DNA of 64,000 nt from Phallusia mammillata. Its lineage: Eukaryota. The notes under the pieces are model-generated. The model saw nothing but the letters and a program-made list of their open reading frames with translations. It was not told where the DNA came from and made no database searches. The DNA lies in assembly GCA_965637545.1 (NCBI GenBank), contig OZ281501.1, positions 17,794,001 through 17,858,000 on the forward strand, given 5' to 3'. A program made the translations under genes and the position numbers. This document shows, piece by piece, positions 35,398 to 46,330 of the stretch; within the stretch, counting starts at the first letter, position 1; each line of letters begins with the position of its first letter.

Positions 35398-36801
35398 AGA
35401 TAAATCATGGCGACTAAAGAGCTTGTTTACAACAGAACTGCACAAATTACCCCTGAAAAAACATTTACATGCGGCAATTTATAACGAATTTTTGACTCTG
35501 TTGACATTTTTTTGCTATTTTGCTATTTTGGTAAAGTCGGGGCTTCATAACGTTTACCAGTCTTTTAGCGCTATTTTAAATTTCAGCTTTGCAACACATT
35601 TTAGGCGATTTTTTTAATAAACAATTCAGCATGTAAGTACAGTTAAAACTAGAAAAAGTAATTGACGAAATATTGGACATTAAGGAATAGTGTATCATGC
35701 TTATCAGGGCCAGTAGGTTTACCAAACCACCCCACAACGTGTTTTGACCTACTTTCAAACAGGTTGCACAAACTGTCAATAGGGTTTGATGTGTTTACTA
35801 CCAGTTGATATGACATAAGCATAACTGTGTGATCGGTAGCGAGACTAATCAATAGCTTAATTAGTCACACTCTCTACGTAACAGTACGTTGTTTCTGTAT
35901 TTTTTATGACGCAATAACGGATATGCAGGTAACGGAAGAAACGCATCGGTATGTGTGGGCTGATTTGTCAAAAGGTTCGTTTGCCTTTAGGGTTGCGTAA
36001 AAATACTTGAAATTTTTAGCACAGGTGGATCGTTTTTAGTGGGTAGTAACATTGTGCCTATGGTGCTTATGGCCCGATTTATGTGACGTGTTTTAAATAC
36101 GCATTGAGTATGAGTTAGATTTGCAGCTTTGGGCTTTCATGTTTTTATCTGATTGGTACTAAACTTTAAATTTCAGCAAATGTTCTGAATCTCGAATACT
36201 TTTTTATGTGTTTTCTTTTTTTCGTTTCTATTATAAAAGCTTGTGGCCGTGCGTTTTGCTGACTAACATGCAACAGTAAAAATGTTTGCAACCACTTTTA
36301 GATATTATTTTCCTTGTTCTGTTATTTTAATGGCATTCTAAACTTGAATTTATTAAATAAAAAAACATTTTGGTCTGTTAAATATTTTTATTACATGGTC
36401 TAAGGCTCTAAGCTTATTAGGCCTTTTTTAAAAGCTGAATCCATTGCGATTATTGTGTTTTAAACGCAATGTAAGAATGGTTTAAAAAACATGTTAGACA
36501 ATGAGGGTATTGTTTGGTGTAAACAGCTGTAGTCCACGAATTGTGATCAAACAAAGCGTGATTGGTCATTGGCCTGGAACTGTTCTAGTAACAGTTGATT
36601 GATGAAATAATAGTAGAATACGTAGTAGGCATTGTGATTCATGCAATGAAATTAATAAAACTTACTGTCATTTGTAGTAAGTGACACTGTCATTAACACA
36701 AAACCGAAAATACTTAGGGATAACTATGTTATATATAGAGCTTATATAACAGTGTTCTATGTATAAGCTATTGCTGCCCGGCATAGTATAGGGTAAATGC
36801 G

Positions 36802-36875
36802 CTGATGAAGACGACCTGTATAGGACGCCGAAACGTCGGAATAAAACCACATTTGCCAGAAGAGCTCTTTAAACT
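36802..36875 (+). ncRNA. Hammerhead-ribozyme-like motif (minimal type I, Penelope-like), family 1
   Basis: CTGATGA-A-GACGACCT-GTAT-AGGACGCC-GAAA-CGTC-GG-AATAAA; intact core, palindromic ACGT, GUC cleavage triplet. Homologous copies at 43718, 18059 (minus) and 43335 (minus). Confidence 0.6.
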
Positions 36876-37328
36876 TGATAACAGTGTTCTGTTGAAGATA
36901 TGTCAAAAATATAGACAGAATGAAATAATATCAGCAAATGAAATAGATAGGAAAGTGTATCTTATTAAACAGGTCACAAAGTTGATCTATTGAAGACAAT
37001 TAACTGTCAAATTGTGCCAAAAATGACAATAAAACGAACTATATTATGTACATAAAAAAATTACGAAGACTTCAAATGCATTTTGTTTAAAACAATAATT
37101 TTTCATTTTAATAGTACAATATATTTCTCTTCAAAAATTTAAGAACTCGTGAAGGGCCAAATGTCAGTTTGTTAAAACCAATTTTGAACCGAAGAATAAA
37201 ATTTCACTACATATACTAACAATTCGTTTCATTTTTTTAGTTAAACTTTAATATTTTTGTATTTCAGAAGCCTAACACTAAACATTTTCACTGCTAAGTT
37301 CCGTAAAGGTAAGAAAAAAAGCAAGAAA

Positions 37329-40300
37329 ATGGGAATATTAAGCATCATTGGTGATCGGACCTGCGTAACACTCAGCCTTCTAAGCACTCTTCTCTGTTTT
37401 TCACTGATTCTGGCGTTTGCTGTCAACAATAAAGTGCAATCCATCAAAGCTTTGGGTAAGAATTCACCCCATTGGGCCTAAAAATGATGCTTGGACAATA
37501 AAAATTTAAAATTTAAAACAATGTAACGTATAAGACGAACTTAAAAAGTCAAAATTATTCAAAGCTATACTCTGAAAGAAATATGTCCTTCTGCAATCAT
37601 TTGTGTATTTTGTCTGTTTGGTATTTGTTCAACTTTTTAATAATTTTAGTATATTATGGCTCAGTTGTTCGTTAATAAAAGATTAAACGCTACTGTGTTT
37701 TAATAACAATTATACATTCTTTTGCAGGCAAATGTTTACTTTACAAGTTATATTTTGTATTCTAGGACTTTTTAACAGCAATCCTGATGATATTTCGAAG
37801 AAGTATTACATCGATATTGCCCCGGGAAAGACAATGGTAAAAATACTGTTTTCTTCTGAAAAAATACGTTTCTTCACAAAATGTAAACCATATTGATGTG
37901 TTTAACAGTTACGTGTTAACAGTAACAATTGTGTTTGTTGCGTCACTAACGTACGTGCTTTATTGCTGTTCGATGACTTATTCCTGTTTGACCGAAAGTA
38001 ACCTCTCGTCTTAATGTGTCATCAAAAAGGAATTTTAACACTTGGTTTTATTTTGCAGACCCTGATCGGTTGGCCAATTGTTTTGGGGTCAAAGATTTTG
38101 GCCGCTGCTTGGCTGATTAAAATGGGAAACAGAGGGACAAGAGTATTTCGTAAGGTACATTAACTTTAATTATGTGTAAATTTTCAAACAAATTACACTT
38201 TGGAAATAAAATTTATAGGGTTTGAAAAGCAAAGCACCAATATATTTGTTTCAAAAAGTACGATTTTTAAGAAATTGGTTATATATGTTGTGTTAAAAAT
38301 AGTTGACTTTAAACCGATCAAACAATGTTTTCTTCGAAAGTACAAGACATAATCCTAAACCAGTAGTTCTCAAACTGTGCGTCGTTTCAATTTTCCAAGG
38401 GCGTCGCAGAATAGTTCCGTTTCGTAACTGTTTGTTGTTGTATCAATAAATACAACTTTAATATTGAGTTTTCTCATTAACTTTATTTGCTGGTGCGTCG
38501 CAAGTCCAGAAAACTTTTCCAGAGGCGTCGTGACAAAAAAAAAGTTTGAGAACCACTGCCCTAAACTATATAAGCCCAAAACCCAGGCCGAACCCATTTT
38601 TTCAAAATCACAAATCCCGAATTAGGTTCTAAAGTTGGTAAAATTACCGCACAAACGGTGCCGTGTGTTAAGTCAGACCCAAATCAAACCAGTTTTACAC
38701 AAACCTGAAAGCCCGGCCCGACTACCAACTCTGATACGAAGTACTGCACTGGTATTTTTATACAATAAAGATGCGACTCTAATCAACATTTTTTGCCAGG
38801 AATTCTACCTGGATTGGATAGCCAGTATGATCCTTACAATAATGTGGATTTTTCATTACGACCAAGAGCAGCACATCATCAATGTACCAGTAGTTGGTCT
38901 CGTCTGCTTCTTGTCCTACAGGGGACTAGCACAAGTCGCACAGAGACTTGAAGCCACAAAAGCGGATCTGGAAAGCCTTGGAATCGACCCCTTGTCAGGT
39001 GTGTGGACAGTTTTAAGCTCTATTATAAAATTATTTCTGTCTCCATTAAGCAACAGCTGCACTAGGTTTATGCACGCGCATTATAGATAACAAATAAATA
39101 TAAACCGGTTACTTTTAGAGCAACAAAAATAAACTATTTCTAAATCGGATATATTTGTTATTTTAAACCCAGGGCTTTAAGGGACGATATTATATTTATT
39201 TGTACACGCAGACTATTATGGTCACAATTACCACAAATAGATATGTAGGTGCCAAATACAGACACCGAACACAAATTATTTGACATTTATTGATAATTAT
39301 TTACACAGATGTTTTCCAGCTTTCCCCAAGGAGTAAATTCTAGACGTTTTGAAAGATTAAAAAAACTGTATGATTTTCTTTGACACGTGTCAAAGTTTTT
39401 TACACGTAATATGTTTTTAGACCTGTTTCATTAAAAAGGCGAGTTAATGTTTCTGTCGTTTTGTCACAGTTGAACACATAAGAAGTAACGAAAGACCGCA
39501 CATTTGTGACGCCACAAAACGAATGTGACGTAATAATAACACTACTGGATAATTGTTTGTGATGTCACACATTAACATTATAATGCCATTATAACAATAA
39601 TCAGATATCCTGCATCTAACACATCGTTGTTGAAAATAGGTGTTGAGTTACAAAAAAAAACAATTTTAAATATTAATCAACAACAGAAACCTAAAAGTTA
39701 GCAATTAATATTCGATTAACTACGTCACCATCCTATAGAATATATGCACACACAAAAACATTAAACTAAAAAATGTGCTCAGGTTGACAACGTAAAAGTG
39801 TGACTACGTGATTAATGCAACCAACAGTAGGAGAAAGAAAAGGTCATATATCGGGAAAAGTGTTTAAAGCAAACAGTATTTTAGCCGCAAACTGTTTTTC
39901 TAAATTCTCTGATGATCAAACAATCGATTTTATCAGTCCAACCCACATAGCCTAATTTCCCAGACAAGTTTATTTTGAAAAACCTTGATTGATCACTTGC
40001 GGTCAAAGTCTGTTTAAAGTCTAAAAGTTGGTTAAATTACTGCGCAAATGATACTGAGTGTTAAGTCAAGCCAATTTTAAACAAATTTAAACCCGAACCC
40101 GACACGAAAAGCCCGCTTCACTTACAAATCTAGCAGGATCGGGCCTTAACAAATATATTGAATTTCTTAATAAAACGTACTTTTTTACAAAGCGCCAACC
40201 TCACTTTCTTGTGACACACGCTTGTAATGACGGTGTAGCTGCAGCGCGTTTAGCTCTTATCCACCAATTGTGCCATCCACTTTTATGCGCTTCATAACGT

Positions 40301-43300
40301 TTTAACTTTGCGCAGCTATTTCCGGCTTGGTGATTGTTTTAGTGCAATTGTGTCGCTATGTTTTCTTTTACCAAGCGAATTAAACTCAATTTAACTTTAT
40401 TTTTGCAGCTAAGTCGATTCGCTTGTTGAAGCTGTTGGTCATTCCATCATCTGTATTTCACTCCGTATGGGCTACAACTGCAATGATGTCAACCATTGCT
40501 TATCCAATCGCGTACGCTCCTTCAAGTCACGTGAAAGATGCAATCCCAATGGGTAAGATGGCTTACATTGGCCAAAGTGAACCATTGTATGTTCTATTTG
40601 AATAAGGAATTGGTGAAGCTAAACAGGCAAAGCATAGAAAACTTTTGTTTGAAACAAAGTCGTCGGATGCGCCATTCTGTGCAGCTATAATGACAGTAAT
40701 GTTGCAGGTGCTTGTCTTGTCTAAATACTTATGTTCTGGATTTAAATGTGGTTGTTTCTCTAAAGATAATTAATAGACTAAAACACACTAAGACTATGAT
40801 TATATGTATGCAAAAACAATTGCAATACTTCATTAGGAAAAGCCCTAAAGCGTTTTTGGCAAAGCAGTTAACTTATTAGCAGCTTTGCAAAAAAATTCTT
40901 AATAGTCACCTAGTAGTCAAAATTATTCCAAAACCCGAGAGTACAGAAAATAGAAGCCCGAAAGTAAGTTTAAAGTTAGATTTATCAAAAAAAATTACAA
41001 CACAAACTCAACCGAGTGTAAAGACTGGACCGAATCAAACCCTCTAAAGCCCAAAACCTAGTTTAACTAAAGCCCAAAACCGACCCGACTTACAACTCTG
41101 ATTAAAATGCAAAAAAAAAACGTAACCGGTCTAGGTACAAGTTGTCCAAGCTGCACAAGAAACCTGCGTATACGTACTGTCGTTGTGACCGTTAGATGCC
41201 AATCAACTTCATCAATATTAAGGAATCAACTTATAGCTTATGTTATGTTCGCAAGTCACCAATGCTATTTCCATTCGCGTGTTTAGTCGATATTTCACTC
41301 AAAACGTTTAAGCCAACTTTAGCCTGTCATGATTGCCGTATACATTGGTCAAAACCCATTAACCTGAAGTTCTGACGTCATCACGCTAAATTAAATGACT
41401 CGTGACATTTTGTGAGCTCCATGGCATGACCTGCAGTAACCACATGTCGAACTGAAAACACCCACAAAAAAGACAACTTTTCTTACATGGACGACGCTCA
41501 AATTGAAAGTTTTAGTTTTCAAAACGTTACGACTAAATAAAGTACAAAATACCGACAATAGACCACCACGACCTTTTTTATTTGTCTACAGAAAAATATT
41601 GGGGCTGTTATGTAATATTATGAGCTGGTTAATAACGTTGTTAAAAAAATGCTGGTGACTTCACAGTAGTTAAAATAGTAGTTATATAACAAACCATGAC
41701 GTTATATACCGAGTCTAGCTGGCATTGCAATATTGGAATGCTTAGGAGACCGGCTCGGTATAACGCCTTCAGTGGGCCTGGCGCATTGTGATTTATGAGT
41801 GAGTGTGCCGTGATCGCTGGTCTGCATAGACGCTTTAGGGCTGATCCTATATTAATAAATTTGTTTATCTTAGCTTAAACATTTTCAGTTTATTAAACCA
41901 CAACCGTTGGATGTTGTAGGAATCCTGAGCGTTGGATCTTGTTCAACCATCGGACTGTGGTACATGATTCTCTTCCAAATGTGCTACACTGCTCTGGATC
42001 TGACATACGGGCGACACACCGAGCACATCAAAGTAGTCCACCCCAGCATAATTGCTGTGATCACCGGAACTTATCTCTCAAACTATCACTCTGATAAAGG
42101 TAAGCCGATCCGTTTCTGCGGTAGCCTGCGTCAGAATGCGAATAATCTTATTTATTTGATCTGTATTGATAATATCAAAAGCCTGTGCAATATTTTTGTC
42201 ACCAATTTGGAATTTACTTGTGTAATGGGCGCAACTTTGGGACAAAATTTGATAATTGATGAATATTACCAATGAAATTTTATCGAATATTTTGTGGTTT
42301 AGGAAAATTACTTTAATCATTACAGTATCTGGCGCTATATATATGTTTATTAGGTAAACTAGATTGACATAATACAATGTTGGTGCCCTGTCACTATTTT
42401 TTGACTAAGAATCGAAAACTCATTTTGTCAAAAAAAAAACATTGTCGCATTTTAACATGAATTTAGAAATGCGAATAGTGAAATTGGTGCAGTTTTGGTG
42501 ATAGAATTTTTAACTAAACTGCACAAATTTTCGAGTAGTTTAGCGACAAACTCGAAACAGATAACGGCGGATAATACAAATATTCAGAAAAAACAAACGG
42601 TGGGTAAAAACAATACATATTCATTCCGAAAAACTTCCAAGTACTTCCACAGAACACGGATATATTGACAGATACATAATATTTAGTCGGGCAAACGGGT
42701 ATCGAGCGGAAGTAAGGTCCCTGTACTGCTACGTTTGTATAAGATCGAAAAAGATTGTGGCAGAGACGGCTCCTGTCTGGAAAGTTTATCCCAAAATGGC
42801 CGATAACCTCAACAATTATGTGCATTAGCGGCCACCGTCTTGTCAAATGGAGCGATTCAAGGGAAATTTTTATGCGAAAAACTGTTATGTGAAAGGTTTT
42901 GATCCTTGGGGGGCCTAAGATTATTTAGACTAGTTATATTTCACACGGAATTTAAGGTAATTTGCCGATAGATGGTTTATTTGTTCGAGCATTTGTGGTT
43001 TTGTGCAAAAACAACGGTAGCCCGAAATACCCCCACTATATTCCCTTTTATGAAAAATGCTTTCCAACCCCGACTTTGATACATCCGTGAAAATATTTCA
43101 TAAATCTGTGGCCATCTCACGACACGCATGATATGTTTTCAACTGCATTCTGTTTGCATTAAGGCATATTTTTATTAGGATTATAAATGAATGGTCATGT
43201 TAAGCTCAAACAGTTCCAAGAAATACAAAGAATTTAAAAACATTTTTATAACCGTATATAAACGTATATTGCCTCGTCAGCAGTTTTTCTTGTAAGTAAT

Positions 43301-43638
43301 CAACGTTTCGACGTCCCAAAAAGGCGCCATTATCAGGATAGTGCCATATCATGAAAGACAAATTTCTTTTAAAACTTCAAAATCATCATAACACACAAAA
43401 ACAGAGATTCCAAGCTTGTGCCGCAACAAACTGGCACCGACGTAGTGAGAAAACATAGTTTAATGGAGTTATTGTTATAGTTGGTGAAAATATTAACAGC
43501 TGCATGCATGTTTGTTTTATTGCAGGAATCACCGAGAACAACATGATGTGTTTGCTGATAGCTTCATTTTCAATAGCAATCTACTCCATGAGAAGTTGGA
43601 TCAGCAAAATGCTCGAAAATCGAAAGAAGACTGCTTGA
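37329..43638 (+). CDS. Uncharacterised multipass membrane protein (309 aa), distantly like the TspO-related 'TPAxxxFxIW' family of unknown function
   Basis: Exons 37329-37455, 37766-37836, 38059-38154, 38800-38998, 40409-40552, 41920-42099, 43526-43638; all GT-AG, phases consistent, 930 nt including TGA. About 7-8 hydrophobic segments. Segments ISKKYYIDIAPG, WIFHYDQE, IRLLKLLV..SVWATTAMMSTIAYPIAY parallel the remembered family pattern (inference). Confidence 0.85.
38361..38558. mobile_element. hAT-Charlie-type MITE
   Basis: TIRs CAGTAGTTCTCAAACT / AGTTTGAGAACCACTG; TSD TCCTAAAC/CCCTAAAC (7/8); internal GGCGTCG repeats. Confidence 0.88.
38560..38733 (+). repeat. Dispersed repeat (AAAGTTGG..AATTAC..GTGTTAAGTCAG..AGCCCG..CAACTCTG family)
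   Basis: Homologous to about 39940-40133, 40920-41100 and, inverted, 8820-8960; ends in a CAACTCTG TIR-like terminus. Confidence 0.7.
40592..40606 (+). other. Spliced-leader-like sequence
   Basis: TTCTATTTGAATAAG: last 15 of the 16 nt of the Ciona SL; followed by GAAT, not GT. Confidence 0.45.
41714..41860 (+). mobile_element. Headless copy of the SINE body
   Basis: GAATGCTTAGGAGACCGGCTCGGTATAACGCCTTCAGTGGGCCTGGCGCATTGTGATTTA aligns to the 22935-23045 body; TGATCGCTGGTCTGCATAGACGCTTTAGGGCTGATCC aligns to 63844-63880. Confidence 0.75.
43270..43340 (-). ncRNA. Hammerhead-like motif, family-1 relative, antisense in the last intron of the membrane-protein gene
   Basis: Minus strand TATC-CTGATAA-T-GGCGCCTT-TTT-GGGACGTC-GAAA-CGTT; core G8 mutated. 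Confidence 0.45.
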
Positions 43639-43717
43639 ACAATTTCTGTGGCTATTTATCATGTTTCGGACTTTTAGTTTTGTTCAACCTTGTAAAACGC
43701 ATTTAGTGTTATTTACC

Positions 43718-43790
43718 CTGATGAAGGCGACCTGTATAGGACGTCGAAAAGTTGGAATAAAAATACAATGGCCAGAAGAGCTTTATAAAT
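43718..43790 (+). ncRNA. Hammerhead-like motif, family 1, in the probable 3' UTR of the membrane-protein gene
   Basis: CTGATGA-A-GGCGACCT-GTAT-AGGACGTC-GAAA-AGTT-GG-AATAAA..GCCAGAAGAGCT; about 75 bp clearly homologous to 36802-36875. Confidence 0.55.
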
Positions 43791-44783
43791 GTGTATGCTC
43801 TTTCGTATTTGAAATTCTTAAAACAAATTTGGTGTATTTTATATGAGTGTACCGTTGTCGCTTTTCCGCCTTAACGCTCTTTCGCTGATCCCAGTATGAA
43901 TAATTGTTCGTAATTGTTAATGTGCTGTCGACGTGAAAATATAAATAATTAAAAAAGTTCCAAAAATTGAATCATTTTTTATGACTTTTATTGTGTAAAA
44001 AGAGCAGCACATTCATACCCAATATATTATATCTGCAAAGACATTAATGCGACCTGTGTAAGCTCGGACAGAATCGTGTACAACTTACACCACAAACTTC
44101 ATTTTAATTCCCTTGGGAGAACAAAAATCGAAAATTAGCGTCAAAAAATGACGAAGAATCTGCGGCAATGCCAATTTTGCAGAAGTGAAACGGAGATAAA
44201 GATTTACGGCTGCAACTCGAAAGCGATTCTCGAGGTTCTTGGAACAGTTGACATTCACGCAGCGGTTACTGTGAATAATAACATTATTGAACGCCGACGT
44301 AACTCCGTAAGCGCCACGCACGTTGCGTGAAATTTTCCGCGCGAGCTACCGTTTATTTGGTGACAAACGACGTCCAGGGTTTTGGCAACACAAGCGCGCC
44401 TTGCGTCAGACGTGGGAAAATCGAAAGTTATGCGAAAACCTCGTGGCCGAGCTGAGATTGCTGAAGGTCACAAGTAAGACGCGGTTTGCAAAATACCTAG
44501 AGGCGATTAATTTGATTCAACGGCTTGTCGGAACGATTACACGCAGGACACCTTCAAAATGGACGCAACCTTTGTAAAAGTGGACGAGTAAGGTAGAGAA
44601 AAAAGGCCCAAAACACTGGAATTTGGCGCAGCAAAAGGGCAAGTTAGTTTTGATTCAATGAACGTGAATCACTTTGTGTCAGAAAGCTGATTACAGGAAA
44701 GAAAAACGAACGATGTTTTCATCATGCTGGTTTAGCTGCAGGATTTTTTTTCTGCATCATCCTTCGGTTTCCAAGTATTTAAG

Positions 44784-45377
44784 GCAATGAATCGGAACAT
44801 AGAAGCAGTTTCCAATTTGATTTCGCAACAAGAACTCAAGATGACGACGATCGTACAAATTATGGTGAGTAGAATGCGTCATAGAAGAGAAAATATCGTT
44901 GATGGTCTGTTGGTCATACTTAAAATTTTTAGACGATCTGCTGAAAGCACTGCAGAGTTTAAAGTCAGAGAAAGCAGCATTGTCCCTCATTTTTGTATGT
45001 CCTAGACAAGTTCAGGGAGCAGTGATGAAATGACAGTAGAAGGATTGAAGTAGATTGAAACTTAGTCATTTGTTATCCCAGCGTTTCGGCAAAACTATTT
45101 TCGACTACAGAGAAAACAGTGACTGCTTTTTACACAATTTCAATGGAATTTTTAGTTTTAATCCACAATCTTATGCATACATGTTCTATTGGTCGTACGT
45201 TATAGGTTTGTTGCACTATACAGTTGTTGTACTGTTGTTATATTTGTTGTATTTGAGCAGTACGTAAGATTGAAAGTGCTAAGTTTTAGCACACATATTT
45301 TCATATCCGGCTTAAGATCACGTGAATGTTTTTTTTTTACAAACAGGTCAACTTACATTGAAGAAAATTGTGTCTGA
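44784..45377 (+). CDS. Candidate unannotated small gene (3' exons), with a C-terminal hydrophobic segment
   Basis: Exons 44784-44864, 44933-44994, 45082-45263, 45347-45377 are joined by 68-86 nt introns with strong sites (gtgagt, gtatgt, gtaaga; pyrimidine-rich acceptors). One frame stays open: ..NESEHRSSFQFDFATRTQDDDDRTNYDDLLKALQSLKSEKAALSLIFRFGKTIFDY..YVIGLLHYTVVVLLLYLLYLSSTSTYIEENCV*. Start exon not resolved; no family recognised. Confidence 0.45.
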
Positions 45378-46330
45378 AATCAAATTTGTATTCAGAAAAG
45401 TTTTTATGTATCAGACGAGTGAGACCAAGCCGTACAGCCTGTAAGAAAATAGAAACAGAACAAAAACAAAGAAGTATGGAACAGGATGCTGTGAACAAAA
45501 CAAGAGTTTTAGTACTGGATAAGAACCATCAACAGTAGAGAATGAACTGACAATCACTGTTTACCTTTTAAACTGTAAAACAGTAAAACCAAAGGATCCT
45601 TTGTTCAAACAGAATCAGCTGTTTTAGGTACAGGAATTTACTTTTAGTCCAACACTGTGAAAGTAAGGAATGCAGGTTTATAAACACAAATTCTTGCTGA
45701 AGCCCGATACCTACAATTTTTAAAATTCACCAAACAGTTTTGCCATATGTTTGAGGAACAATTACCGATGCAACAATAAACGTTAACAAATTTAATAAGT
45801 TCAGTTTTTATAAAAACACACAAATCAAGCTCGGTAAATCACATCTCGATGTTCTAGTAGGCATAACCTAAAAATTTGTACTGTTATTTTTGTGAAAGCG
45901 AGTTCACGTAAATTTCTTCTAAAACATTACAATCAACAAAAATAGATAGTAAATAACGTGATATAGCTTGAACCAGTGTGAGAAGCAAATAACAATATCA
46001 CTTTGTCAGGCCCTCTTTTTTGCACAGATAAATATTTACGATAAAGTCAAAATCCCTAAAAAGCGTAAAATGTGAAACAAGACCACCAAATTAAATTAGT
46101 TTCCCACCATTGAAATGTGTTACAACAAAAGTACCTTTACTGACTTGATCCAGGCAGAAAAAAGTCTGAAAGAAGACAATTTACTTTGTACAGTAATTAA
46201 CAATATCATACACCCTTGTGTACATGCATGTACATATGTATAGCCTGACATTTTTCTAATTTAAGTCGAAACTGAAACAAAAATCCACGTCTGATTGAAA
46301 AAAGTTTTTAATTGTGTTTTTTATCGACAG

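Noticed and set aside
38635-38799. N-terminal part of the 151-aa ORF 38635-39090
   Set aside because: This part is intronic repeat sequence; the real exon starts at the acceptor 38799/38800.
42514-42846. 110-aa minus-strand intronic ORF
   Set aside because: No recognisable domain or splice context; probably decayed repeat sequence.
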